The notes: generated by a model from the sequence alone, not told the origin. A stretch of DNA of 64,000 bases from Candidatus Falkowbacteria bacterium HGW-Falkowbacteria-1 (GCA_002840305.1 PHAI01000003.1:70908-134907); one strand, 5' to 3'. Counted from the first letter of the stretch, positions 27,982-37,274 are shown. Program-made: numbers and translations.

Positions 27982-28956
27982 CTATTTTTTAAATATCATA
28001 TCTCTTACGCGCTTAAACATGTCATTGATATTAATATCTTTTATCTTAAAATCTTTATTGTCTTGCTGCTCTTTTCTAGTTTCCCTTATTGTTCCCTTGA
28101 TTTCTTGTCTTCTTTCCTTGCTAATTGTTGGCATATCAGTATTTTCAGCACATGTGTCAACCTGCGCAACTTTCTCTTTTATACTATTATTGTTTCCCGG
28201 TCCAAAACCAGCTTCGTTCATACAAGTCTTCATCCCATCAATTTCGTTTTCTAGTGCCACACGAGCCTCATCAAGAGACAAGCTATTGTCTTCAGCATAA
28301 GCATAAACAGCATATCTAAAAGCCTGTTTGATCCTTTGTCGAGCATTGTTTCTAATTTTTGCTAAATTAGCCTTATTAATACCCAGGCTAAAATCACGCA
28401 TAAGCTTATAAGCAGCATCAAAAGTTCCAGTATAATAAGCTCTACAATTTTCTGGATAAATCCAATAAGCCTCTCCGTTAGCTTCTGCTCTAATTACTAT
28501 TCTACCCTTTAAACGATTGTTTAAAACGGAGTCTTTGCAAATATTTGTATCATCTTTGTTTTCGCCTAACGATAATTTTGCAAAATTTTCCTCTGAAATG
28601 CCAAGTGCTCGACGTTGAAGCAAATTGTACGCAGCTGCACCATCGGCTAAATACTCTTTTCCCCCGGTTACTGGATCAACGTAGTAAACCTCACCATTCC
28701 CTTCAACGTCCAACAACATGCGGCCAAACATACGTTCAGTTAAAACAGAGTCAGGATTTTCTGCTGGCAATTCACTAGGCTCAGCCTCAAGCAATTCGTT
28801 ATCGCTAATCTCGCTTATGTTCTCTTCGCTCGTTGCTAATTCTATAAGCTCTTCGTTGTCAACCAAATCTTCGGCCAAAACCGCTAGACTCATCGAACCA
28901 ATTATCAAAAATGAGGCAAAAATAATTATTGATATTTTTTTTATATTTTTTAACAT
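27982..28956 (-). CDS. Secreted protein with two internal repeats of about 50 aa
   Basis: 324 aa with a signal peptide. Repeats GRMLLDVEGNGEVYYVDPVTG..Y......AYNLL....LGIS..NFAKL and GRIVIRAEANGEAYWIYPEN..AYY.....AYKLM....LGINKANLAKI. Confidence 0.6.
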   Translation of the reverse strand: MLKNIKKISIIIFASFLIIGSMSLAVLAEDLVDNEELIELATSEENISEISDNELLEAEPSELPAENPDSVLTERMFGRMLLDVEGNGEVYYVDPVTGGKEYLADGAAAYNLLQRRALGISEENFAKLSLGENKDDTNICKDSVLNNRLKGRIVIRAEANGEAYWIYPENCRAYYTGTFDAAYKLMRDFSLGINKANLAKIRNNARQRIKQAFRYAVYAYAEDNSLSLDEARVALENEIDGMKTCMNEAGFGPGNNNSIKEKVAQVDTCAENTDMPTISKERRQEIKGTIRETRKEQQDNKDFKIKDININDMFKRVRDMIFKK

Positions 28957-29181
28957 AAATTTAAATTTAAAAATTATTAATAAATTATAATGACCACATC
29001 TTTTAAATCGACCTTTATAAATATTTAATATTTACAAAAAAAGAGCCGCCATCAAGCGAAAAACGTAAATCATCTTCGCCTTTTGTTATATAGAAAGATT
29101 ATATCATTTTTAGGCTTATTTTACAAACAAATTGTTATCATAAAAATAAAAAAAGCGCTTTAAATAGACGCTTAAAATAAA

Positions 29182-30078
29182 TTAAAATGACATTATTCCT
29201 CCTTGTAAGTAGGAGGAATCAAATCCAACTAAAGCGAGAAAAATATTTTGTCTCTCCCTTTTGGTTCCAATCTTTGATAAATGCCTAAGGTAGAGTTCTG
29301 GCTCCTTTGTTTTATCCGGTATTTTATATGAGCCACCTTCTATTGGCAAAACCGGAAAAATACAAGGACCAAAATTTTCAACCATTCTCACCAACGGAAT
29401 GACTTCTTCAACGCCAGCTAATTGATAAAAAAGGTTTTTGTTTTCTTCTTCATTCCACCCCTTCAAATAAAGAGCCGATTTTTCATCTTTAGCCTTGGCT
29501 GCTCGTAAATCAAAACTGCCAACCGACAATAAAGAAATATTATGCCAAATAGCTAAAGTATTGGCCAAACGCCCAGCCATTACCGACTCTTGAATTTCGT
29601 TAATAGCCAATCCAGTAGCTAGAGCCCCTTTATCCAGGGCCTCAATCATTGGGCTAAGATTGGTTGAAGAGAAATAAGAAAAAATTTCAGTTGAAGCGAT
29701 GGCGCTATAATCAATACCGTTTCTTAATTGAATTCCTATGCCAAAATTCAAAATAGAACAAAAGATATCTCCGTTATGGAAATCGTGAACAAAAACATTT
29801 TGATTATTTTTAAATGCCTCTCTCACGAGCCCAAACGTTTCTCCGCAATCTTTTTCTGCAAAACCCTGATCATTCCAAACTAAAATATCTATTCTAGAAA
29901 AAATATTTTCTCCATCAATCTTCATAACTTCGGCCAATTCAACTATTTTTCTTAGTTGAATTATTCGAGAATCTACACTTTGAATCTTCGTAGAAAATGT
30001 TCTCAAAATTAAACCAATTTTCTGATTTTTTAAAAAATTTTTTACCATTATTTCCCCCTTTTTTAAATTATTAAACAA
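29182..30078 (-). CDS. Hypothetical cytoplasmic protein
   Basis: 298-aa ORF with no motif I recognise. An alternative start MVKNF lies at 30048. Confidence 0.55.
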   Translation of the reverse strand: MFNNLKKGEIMVKNFLKNQKIGLILRTFSTKIQSVDSRIIQLRKIVELAEVMKIDGENIFSRIDILVWNDQGFAEKDCGETFGLVREAFKNNQNVFVHDFHNGDIFCSILNFGIGIQLRNGIDYSAIASTEIFSYFSSTNLSPMIEALDKGALATGLAINEIQESVMAGRLANTLAIWHNISLLSVGSFDLRAAKAKDEKSALYLKGWNEEENKNLFYQLAGVEEVIPLVRMVENFGPCIFPVLPIEGGSYKIPDKTKEPELYLRHLSKIGTKRERQNIFLALVGFDSSYLQGGIMSF

Positions 30079-30239
30079 CTAAAACTAAAAAATCAAAACG
30101 ATTCTGACGGAATTATAACATAAAAATATTATATTGTCAATATGTTATACACCAAATTCAAAAAATGACACAAATACTAAAAATAGATATTTTTCAATAA
30201 AAAACCCCATTTTTTAAAAACGGGGTCAAAAACTTTAAT

Positions 30240-30677
30240 CTAAGACGAAGTCTTCTGTCTCATAAAAAAACTTATTGCCATGCCCAAAACAGAAATTAAT
30301 AAAGCAAACAATAAAAAAAGATAATTATTGTTTACAAATATTTCTCCTAAACTCCAGCTAACGAGCGCTACCAAAAGTGCGATGGGATAAAGCCTAAAAC
30401 AACCAAAAAATCCAGAAACGCCAGCGCCAAAAAAAACAACAACTACAAAAGGGAAAAAATTAACCAAAGGATCGCTGCTTGTGGCATGCATTAGAAACAT
30501 TCCAAAAGAGACTATTAGAAGAATAATGACTTCGAAAAAAAGGGTTACAAAAAAATTTCTGCTAAAGCCAATTTTTTTGAAATCAATTCTAGGAATTAAA
30601 ACCCCGGAAATTAAAGACAACAACAAAATTAATACAAAAATACTTGTTTCCATGATACAAATTTTAAAGTTAAACAA
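30240..30677 (-). CDS. Four-TM membrane protein, hypothetical
   Basis: 145 aa and strongly hydrophobic. Confidence 0.5.
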   Translation of the reverse strand: MFNFKICIMETSIFVLILLLSLISGVLIPRIDFKKIGFSRNFFVTLFFEVIILLIVSFGMFLMHATSSDPLVNFFPFVVVVFFGAGVSGFFGCFRLYPIALLVALVSWSLGEIFVNNNYLFLLFALLISVLGMAISFFMRQKTSS

Positions 30678-30986
30678 ATTAGACTAATTATCAAGGACAT
30701 AAAGAATGTTCTTAATAATTAGCCCAATCTAAACTTGCTTTTTAAATGAACTAATAAAAATTCCATTTTAGAGAAGTATAGCTTAGCGAAACGCTAATTG
30801 TCAAATCAGCTCTCCATATATCAAGCTGATCGAAAATCAACAAAAACATGCTTAAAACGCACCATTACTACTTCAGCTTATAAAAATAATTTAAATTTTC
30901 CATTACAAACTGTTGACAAAAGTCCAATAGATATGCTATATTTCTTTGTTAATAAGCACATTAAAACAACCAAAAAGGAAAAAGCG

Positions 30987-31412
30987 ATGCAATTAAAAAG
31001 CAACAGAACTTTCACCATGATCAAACCTAAAAGTGTTGAGCATGGTCACATGGGAGAGATAATTGACATAATTATCAAGGACGGTTTCAAGATTGTAGCC
31101 ATGAAAATGCTACGGTTAAGCACGGCCGATGCCCAAAAATTTTATAATATTCATTCGGCTAAGCCATTCTTTGATGATTTAGTTCAATCAATGACAAATG
31201 GCCCGATTATCGTCGCCGTCTTAGAGAAAGATGATGCCGTAAATAATTACCGGCGCCTGATTGGCTGCACCAATCCAAAAGAAGCAGTCGAGGGAACTAT
31301 TCGGAAAAAATACGGGATATCTATTTCCGACAATTCAGTCCACGGCTCCGACAGCGACGAAAATGCTGAAGTAGAAACATACTTCTACTTCTCTGAAAGA
31401 GAAATTTGCTAA
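30987..31412 (+). CDS. ndk: Nucleoside diphosphate kinase
   Basis: The conserved protein starts at MQLKSNRTFTMIKP (ATG 30987, AGGA upstream). The active-site motif NSVHGSDS is present. The upstream part of the track ORF is non-homologous. Confidence 0.92.
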   Translation: MQLKSNRTFTMIKPKSVEHGHMGEIIDIIIKDGFKIVAMKMLRLSTADAQKFYNIHSAKPFFDDLVQSMTNGPIIVAVLEKDDAVNNYRRLIGCTNPKEAVEGTIRKKYGISISDNSVHGSDSDENAEVETYFYFSEREIC

Positions 31413-31420
31413 AATTTATA

Positions 31421-31452
31421 AAAGGGATAAACAAATATCCCTTTTTTTATTT
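31421..31452. terminator. Intrinsic terminator between convergent ndk and the MarR-family gene
   Basis: AAGGGATA-aacaaa-TATCCCTT followed by a T-run. Confidence 0.65.
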
Positions 31453-31492
31453 ACTTATTTTAAACTACAAACAATATTCAAGGCATACAATA

Positions 31493-31948
31493 TTAACTCA
31501 TTAAAATTTTACCACCAATTTCAACCAGCAAATTGGAAGCAGCTTCTATTTCTTTTATTTTTACGCTAGAAAATATATCTTCACCTAAAATCTCAAATCT
31601 TTCCAATGCTTCATCAAGCTTTTGTTTACCACCTTCAGACAACAAAACAGATCTAACCCGAGCATCTTCGTCTATGGACCCACTCTTTATTAAACCTATT
31701 TTTTCCATGGGCAAAAGCATGCGCGTTACACCCGAAGCCGTCATGCCTATTTTCTCGGCCAAATCAATTCTGCGCATTTTTTGACTATCAGATTGATTTA
31801 AATAAAACAATATTAAAAATTCGCTAAAACCAACACCGTTCCCCATGCCCCTATCAAAACGCTTGGACATAATAGACTGCACCCTTGCTAGGTTTAATAA
31901 AAATTTAACATTTAAGTTAATAGTATTCATAAATTTTTTACTTAACAT
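31493..31948 (-). CDS. MarR-family transcriptional regulator
   Basis: 151 aa. Winged-helix pattern F..L..L......M....LA..IG.T.SGVTR.L..MEK.GLI. Confidence 0.8.
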   Translation of the reverse strand: MLSKKFMNTINLNVKFLLNLARVQSIMSKRFDRGMGNGVGFSEFLILFYLNQSDSQKMRRIDLAEKIGMTASGVTRMLLPMEKIGLIKSGSIDEDARVRSVLLSEGGKQKLDEALERFEILGEDIFSSVKIKEIEAASNLLVEIGGKILMS

Positions 31949-32053
31949 ATACTTGATAGCTCAAGCATACATCAATAAAAACATCTTGTCAAGTTAAAAA
32001 ATGTTTTTATATTTCCGCCCATGGATAGTTATGAAATAAAAATATTTATATTC

Positions 32054-32815
32054 TTATAAATTTTTAATCCAACTGTCCAAAATACCGTAGACCTCCTTCA
32101 GATGTTCTGATTCTCTAAAAGTATGAGGAGCGTTTTTAATAATGTGAATTTCTTTTTTACCAGGCAAAACATCAAATAAAATTCGTTGGTGCTCTGGCAA
32201 AGTACAATTATCAAGCTCTCCAACGATCATTAAGACTGGCATAATCAATTTATCGGCCTTTTTTATTAAATCATATTTTTCTTTTTCTTCCATATATGAC
32301 CATTTCAATCTAATTTTACCTTGAGCCCCCCAATCTTCAACTAGCCAGCCAGTTTTTTCCCAATTTGCTAAATCTTCTTTGGTATATGTTTGCTTGCTGA
32401 GCTCTACATTGACAACAGTAGAAAACGGAGCCAAGGCCTTAACTTTTTCCGGATAATTTTCAGCATAAAAAGCAGAAGAAATTGCGCCTAAGCTATGGCC
32501 ACATAAAATAAATGGCTCTTGATAAAAATTTTTGGTTTTTGACCAAGAAATAACATCCTCAAGATCTTCATAATAATTAGTAATGTTAGCATCCTCAAAA
32601 ACACCATCACTCTCACCAAAAGTATTAGTAGTATCAAATCTGACTACTGTATAGTTATTATCTAAAAAACACTTAGAAAACTTTTTGATATGTCTTGAAT
32701 CCTTAGAGTCCCCTAGGCCATGCATGACAAAAGCCAAACCTTTTTGGTCTTCTGATTCTTCCACGACAACTGAAATGTTTTGATTTTTGCGGTTTTTAAT
32801 AAATAATTTTTGCAT
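32054..32815 (-). CDS. Alpha/beta hydrolase
   Basis: 253 aa. Nucleophile elbow GHSLG, with late D and H positions (GELD, PHTF). Confidence 0.75.
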   Translation of the reverse strand: MQKLFIKNRKNQNISVVVEESEDQKGLAFVMHGLGDSKDSRHIKKFSKCFLDNNYTVVRFDTTNTFGESDGVFEDANITNYYEDLEDVISWSKTKNFYQEPFILCGHSLGAISSAFYAENYPEKVKALAPFSTVVNVELSKQTYTKEDLANWEKTGWLVEDWGAQGKIRLKWSYMEEKEKYDLIKKADKLIMPVLMIVGELDNCTLPEHQRILFDVLPGKKEIHIIKNAPHTFRESEHLKEVYGILDSWIKNL

Positions 32816-32824
32816 AAATATGAA

Positions 32825-33280
32825 TTATTTTATTTTATTTAAAAATTCATCAATTTTTTTTAAATAATCTTTATCTTTTTTTCTATCATAATTCTTTACC
32901 ATTTCTTCTTTCCATTCCTTGACTATATCCAAATTAGCAAATTTAAAATTATCCGCAACAACAGGATCAGAATGAATTTTATTAAAAAAATATTCACATC
33001 CAGGCCACAAAGAAGTCATGTCGACTTCAAGATCGTCTATAACAATCTTATAAAATAACTGCTCTTTGTTTTTATGAAAAGTTACTACCTTGGCCTTGTT
33101 TGGTATATCTTTTTTATTTTTTAAGCTTATGTCTAAATCATTAATTTTCCCGTTGAATTCAACAACACCCAATAAATATAAAGGGGCTGAACCAAAAACT
33201 ACAAAATCGTCACCAATTTGTTCTTTAAGTTTTATTAAATATGGCCTTATATAAGTTAAAAATTTTTTGTTAATATCCAT
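32825..33280 (-). CDS. Putative nucleotidyltransferase-fold protein
   Basis: 151 aa. FGSAPLYLLG...x...NDLDI resembles the GS...DxD signature of pol-beta-type nucleotidyltransferases. Weak evidence. Confidence 0.35.
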   Translation of the reverse strand: MDINKKFLTYIRPYLIKLKEQIGDDFVVFGSAPLYLLGVVEFNGKINDLDISLKNKKDIPNKAKVVTFHKNKEQLFYKIVIDDLEVDMTSLWPGCEYFFNKIHSDPVVADNFKFANLDIVKEWKEEMVKNYDRKKDKDYLKKIDEFLNKIK

Positions 33281-33315
33281 AAAAAAATCAGCTAATAACT
33301 TTGTGTTTTTCTATA

Positions 33316-33840
33316 CTAATCAGCCTGGTTTGTTTCAATAAATTTTCTTTTTTCCATTTTTAAAACTTCCTCTAAGGAATACTCATGGAACTTTACCTTT
33401 CTATTTTTACTAAGATTTACATAAACTGGCTGGTTGTGCAAACCACTATCATCAAAACCATTCCAAGCATTATTATACCGTTCCTTAAAATTTTTAAAAT
33501 TGTTACCCACAACCATCTCAAGGTGTTCTAATCCAGAATTAAAAAATACATGCTCTTGAGGGCCTGGTAATTCAATCATGGATATAAGATACCCGTCGCA
33601 AGAAAGAGGCTCCTTGAGAATAAATTTTGCAATAGGTCTGTCATGATGAATATTTTCTATATATCTCTGACTTATTACCATTAATTTATCTTTCATCTCC
33701 GCGTATTCTTCAATGGAGGAAACGCGATAACAAAGATGATCAATGCAATAATCTTCGATATCTATACCTATTGACTTGACTTGTTCAAGCAAGTCCTTAA
33801 TAAAAAATTGATAATCACCAATTATGTCTTTTGCTTTCAT
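33316..33840 (-). CDS. YecM-like VOC-superfamily protein
   Basis: 174 aa. IDHLCYRV....EY and IELPGP......GLEHLE.VV resemble the YecM family. Recognised from memory only. Confidence 0.4.
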   Translation of the reverse strand: MKAKDIIGDYQFFIKDLLEQVKSIGIDIEDYCIDHLCYRVSSIEEYAEMKDKLMVISQRYIENIHHDRPIAKFILKEPLSCDGYLISMIELPGPQEHVFFNSGLEHLEMVVGNNFKNFKERYNNAWNGFDDSGLHNQPVYVNLSKNRKVKFHEYSLEEVLKMEKRKFIETNQAD

Positions 33841-33989
33841 AGTCTATGCTATTTTTATTTTATTACATCATCAAATTCAAAATCTTTTTGACAAATTTCC
33901 ATTGCTAGATTAAGCCTCTTTAAGTCAATGCAATCTATTCCTAATAACGTTACTCCCTCTAATTTTTTCTTATTCATAAAAGCTTATTA

Positions 33990-34574
33990 CTATCTATTAA
34001 ACACCACAAAATCTCCTTCGGCCAAAGTATAAACTGGCAAATCTTCCTGATAATCTTTTAGCTCTTGCAATCCCTTATCCCAGTCAAAATTTAAATATTC
34101 ATCCAAGTCAGAGTGCCAATGCGGAATAAATTTTATTGGCAAGAGTCCGAAGCCCACACCAGTTCTCGAAGTTGAACAAATGTAATAATATTTAGAAATA
34201 ACCTCGGCTCCGGCCGATGTGCCAGCAATTGTTTTCCCCTCTAACCCTTTAATCCAATCACCAGATTCAGATAAAGTTTTCATTAACGGCTCGGTGTAAC
34301 CTCCTTGTAAAAATACAACATCTGACGCTTTTACTTGCTCAACAAATTTTTTAGGGTCAGCTAAAATAAGTTCAAAATTGTTTATATATTTAGAAAAAAG
34401 ATCCCTATTTTCCTGTAGTTTGTTCTCCCAGCCATCTCTATTCCTGGCAAACATACAGTTTAGAATTTTAATTGGTCTATTTTGGTCAAAACCTTTTATT
34501 AGTTCTTCGAAAAAAGCTTTACCACCATCTTTTGCCTTGTGCAAATATCCACCAACTAATATATATTTTTTCAT
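33990..34574 (-). CDS. Peptidase S51 (dipeptidase E-like)
   Basis: LQGGYTEPL......W.......K.IAGTSAGAEV matches the S51 GGNT...SAG pattern. The start MKKYILVGG (34574) avoids a 26-nt overlap with the upstream gene. Confidence 0.65.
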   Translation of the reverse strand: MKKYILVGGYLHKAKDGGKAFFEELIKGFDQNRPIKILNCMFARNRDGWENKLQENRDLFSKYINNFELILADPKKFVEQVKASDVVFLQGGYTEPLMKTLSESGDWIKGLEGKTIAGTSAGAEVISKYYYICSTSRTGVGFGLLPIKFIPHWHSDLDEYLNFDWDKGLQELKDYQEDLPVYTLAEGDFVVFNR

Positions 34575-34578
34575 ATTT

Positions 34579-35253
34579 TTATAATTTAATTTCTTCTTTG
34601 ACAACTTCTATCAGACGCCTTCTATCTTCTCCGTCAAAATTATGGTTACCATCAAGTTGAAGAACTTTTATCTTAGGGCTGAGTTCTTTTAAGTCAACTT
34701 TAGGCAGTAGTTGGTCTTGATTAGCGTTAATTATGGCTGTATCAACTTTTTTTGCAAAAGCATTGTATTCTGCAAATGGTTTGACGGCAATACGTTCCTG
34801 CCAATACTGAGCAGGGATAATTTTAGTTAAGCCTGTAGATGAAGGAATTTTGGAAATACCGTCTAAATTAATCTCAACATCTAATTTTAATTTGTATCGC
34901 TCTAATGTACGCTCGAGCCCCATATCAAAAATCGTAGAAATAAAAATTGCCTTTCTAATTCCCTCTGGTTTAGCCAAGGCCACAATAATAGTTCCTTGAG
35001 AATGCCCAATTAAATCGATTATAGCTTCTGGGTTAGATTGCCTTACCTCGCTCACGATTTCATTAAGCCTTTCTATCTGAGCGCTAATTGGACAAATAGT
35101 AATAGTATTCTCAATCTCATTTACTTCATAATAATCAAATAATACGGACTCAACTCCAGAAAGGGCTTCGGCAATATCCGTCAGAAGGCCAAGATCGTCC
35201 TTTCGCACCCCAAACCCATGAGAATAAATAATAATATGTTTTTTGTCTGGCAT
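34579..35253 (-). CDS. Alpha/beta hydrolase
   Basis: 224 aa. N-terminal IIYSHGFG and nucleophile elbow GHSQG. Confidence 0.7.
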   Translation of the reverse strand: MPDKKHIIIYSHGFGVRKDDLGLLTDIAEALSGVESVLFDYYEVNEIENTITICPISAQIERLNEIVSEVRQSNPEAIIDLIGHSQGTIIVALAKPEGIRKAIFISTIFDMGLERTLERYKLKLDVEINLDGISKIPSSTGLTKIIPAQYWQERIAVKPFAEYNAFAKKVDTAIINANQDQLLPKVDLKELSPKIKVLQLDGNHNFDGEDRRRLIEVVKEEIKL

Positions 35254-35355
35254 ATTTTAATACAAATTTAATTACAAGCTTATTATACCTCAAAAACTTT
35301 AGATTTAAAACTAGCACTCAGGTTCGAACACGACTCACGTAAAATCATCACACCC

Positions 35356-35406
35356 CTGCCGCAAGCCACACAGGCGGCTTGCTTCCCCTCGCTCATTCAA
35401 AAAAAA
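35356..35406. repeat. 51-nt direct repeat, copy 1 (hairpin GCAAGCC...GGCTTGC plus CCCCTCGCTCATTC plus A-run)
   Basis: ctgccgcaagccacAcaggCggcttgcttcccctcgctcattcaaaaaaa differs at 2 positions from the copy at 36106-36156. It overlaps the 3' end of the GIY-YIG gene. Confidence 0.85.
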
Positions 35407-35681
35407 TAAAAACCAGAAAAATAATTAGTTAACTGTTTTTTGATATATTTTCTCCCGGCCCCACTTTTTAAAAACGCCTCTCTCTTCATGGCGTCTTTTT
35501 TAATTAGATAAGCTTCATAATAAATAAGGTACCAAGCATTTTTTTTAGATGTCGTCTGACAACCCTTGCCAATTAAATGATCTCTAATTCTACGACGCAA
35601 ATTAGATGAATATCCCGTATACCAACTCTTATCATTTTTATTCTCTAAAATATAAATATAATACATCAAAATATTATACAA
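35397..35681 (-). CDS. Small GIY-YIG nuclease-domain protein (COG2827-like), second copy
   Basis: 94 aa. YYIYILEN.....YTGYSSNL..R...H and E.....K.A..RE..LK pattern. Confidence 0.8.
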   Translation of the reverse strand: MYNILMYYIYILENKNDKSWYTGYSSNLRRRIRDHLIGKGCQTTSKKNAWYLIYYEAYLIKKDAMKREAFLKSGAGRKYIKKQLTNYFSGFYFF

Positions 35682-35765
35682 AATAATAAATGAAAATAAG
35701 ATAAATAATATGTTTTTATTATCTAAATTAACTATTTATAAATAATATATCATTAACTAAACATG

Positions 35766-35935
35766 AAGCCACGTATAGATCGTTCGTCGCAAGCGACCTC
35801 ACTCGCACGTGGCTCGCGTAAAGTATCACGCGGCTGTGCCACGTGATAAAAATGGCCACGTGAAGTGCCCTTCGGGCACAACGTGGCTCGCGTAAAGCCT
35901 ACGGCCACGTGGCTTGCCTTCGGCTGCGCCGCGTG
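35766..35935. repeat. Cluster of GC-rich palindromic units built on GCCACGTG / CACGTGGC stems (family B)
   Basis: ACGTGGCTCGCGTAAAG occurs twice (about 35808 and 35881). There are several GCCACGT...ACGTGGC stems and a GTGCCC-TTCG-GGCAC hairpin. GC content is far above the flanks. Confidence 0.8.
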
Positions 35936-35940
35936 CAAAT

Positions 35941-36000
35941 CAAAAAACACCCATTGGGTGTTTTTTGATTTGTTTTACGCGGCTCGGGGACAGAGATTCG
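35941..36000. repeat. Duplicate of the tRNA-Gln terminator hairpin plus the tRNA 3' end
   Basis: Hairpin AACACCCA-tt-GGGTGTT, then gctcggggacagAgaTtcg, which matches 36185-36203 at 17 of 19 positions. The layout parallels 36148-36203. Confidence 0.75.
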
Positions 36001-36105
36001 GTCACGGTCACTAAGCCTCGCTTTCTCGCCTTGCTCGTCGCTCGCTAAGTGCCCCGACCCGGCCTCGCCCGTGCACTTCGTGCACATGGCTCCGGCTTTC
36101 GAGTC

Positions 36106-36156
36106 CTGCCGCAAGCCACGCAGGTGGCTTGCTTCCCCTCGCTCATTCAAAAAAAC
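36106..36156. repeat. 51-nt direct repeat, copy 2
   Basis: ctgccgcaagccacGcaggTggcttgcttcccctcgctcattcaaaaaaa with a perfect 9-bp stem GCAAGCCAC / GTGGCTTGC. Confidence 0.85.
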
Positions 36157-36177
36157 ACACCACAAGGTGTGTTTTTC
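36148..36177 (-). terminator. Intrinsic terminator downstream of tRNA-Gln
   Basis: On the minus strand, AAACACACC-ttgt-GGTGTGTTT is followed by TTTTT. Confidence 0.65.
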
Positions 36178-36185
36178 TTCATTCG

Positions 36186-36256
36186 CTCGGGGACAGGGAC
36201 TCGAACCCCGATCGACGCCTTCAAAGGGCGCTGTCCTACCATTAGACGATCCCCGA
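36186..36256 (-). tRNA. tRNA-Gln (anticodon UUG)
   Basis: Manual cloverleaf on the minus strand. Acceptor TCGGGGA/TCCCCGA (U1-A72). D arm GTCT-AATGGTA-GGAC. Anticodon arm GCGCC-CTTTGAA-GGCGT. T arm CGGGG-TTCGAGT-CCCTG. No encoded CCA. Confidence 0.88.
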
Positions 36257-36358
36257 ATTTTAATTAACAAAAATATAATAATAAATAACAACTTATAAGT
36301 CAAGAAATTTACTAAATTCCTACTTTTTTATATTTATTAAAAAATATAAAAAACCATT

Positions 36359-37270
36359 TTATACTTTAGCATATTTACTAACTGCTATATAACTAGCCAA
36401 AACATTTACAAATGCGATTCCCACAAATTGCCAACCGAAAATTGTCCAAACATTATCCACAAAATAACTCACTATATTTATGCCATAATCAACAAAGAAC
36501 ATTTCTAAATAAGGCTGAATAATTTCTAGAAGAGGGAACGAAACGGAAATCATTATTAAAACAGCAACAAAGGTATAAATAACAGCCGAAAATAAAAATG
36601 GTAAATAAATAAAAGCGTTTGAAGCACCAACCAATCTCATAATTTCTATCTCTCTTTTGTGTGTATAAATAGCAACTTTAATTGAATTGTAAACAACCAA
36701 TAAACTAGTAACAATAAAAATTATAATTATAAAAAAACCAACATCGTTTATCCTCTTGGTTATATTATTTATTTTTTCCAGCAAAGTTCTATTATCAGAA
36801 AAATCTCTAGACTCAATAATATCGTTGTCAATCGCACGTAACTCCTCAATTAAATCTGGAATCATATCAACGTTCTTTGGGACTATAACTAGGCTAGGAG
36901 AAAGAGGGTTTTTTCCTAATTCCAAAATCGCCTGCAAAATTTCTGGGTTATTTTTATTTTTATCTCTGAAAAAATCTAAGGCATTCTGCTTAGATATATA
37001 TTTTACTGCCCTAACCTTATCCATGGAATTTATCTTGCTTTTCAATTCTAATATAGTTGTCTCCGGAGCATCTGTTTTTAAATATAAACTTAAATCAATT
37101 TTTTCTTTAATTGCAAGCACGGCGTCATCACTTATTGCTCGAAGAAGTATCAGAGTGTTTATAGATAACATGGCTAATATCAAAATAGTAACAGTGACTA
37201 TCGAAAGCCAAATATTTCGACTGATATCTTGTAAACTAAACTTTAATATTCTTAAAAATGATAAAAGCAT
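36359..37270 (-). CDS. ftsX: Cell division ABC-type permease-like protein FtsX
   Basis: 303 aa. One TM, an extracellular domain and three C-terminal TMs. MRLVGASN motif. Immediately downstream of ftsE. Confidence 0.88.
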   Translation of the reverse strand: MLLSFLRILKFSLQDISRNIWLSIVTVTILILAMLSINTLILLRAISDDAVLAIKEKIDLSLYLKTDAPETTILELKSKINSMDKVRAVKYISKQNALDFFRDKNKNNPEILQAILELGKNPLSPSLVIVPKNVDMIPDLIEELRAIDNDIIESRDFSDNRTLLEKINNITKRINDVGFFIIIIFIVTSLLVVYNSIKVAIYTHKREIEIMRLVGASNAFIYLPFLFSAVIYTFVAVLIMISVSFPLLEIIQPYLEMFFVDYGINIVSYFVDNVWTIFGWQFVGIAFVNVLASYIAVSKYAKV

Positions 37271-37274
37271 AAAA

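Noticed and set aside
27802-28300. Two overlapping plus-strand ORFs of about 150 aa (27802..28254 and 27842..28300)
   Set aside because: They overlap each other and are antisense to the 3' part of the secreted repeat protein gene (27982..28956). The translations are low-complexity and hydrophobic, and neither has a supporting motif.
35753-36303. ORFs 35753..35950(-), 35899..36303(-), 36049..36267(+) and 36071..36298(+)
   Set aside because: They lie in a GC-rich palindromic repeat region and overlap the tRNA-Gln gene. Their Arg/Ala/Gly/Pro-rich translations are typical of GC-rich non-coding DNA in an AT-rich genome, and mutually overlapping frames argue against real genes.
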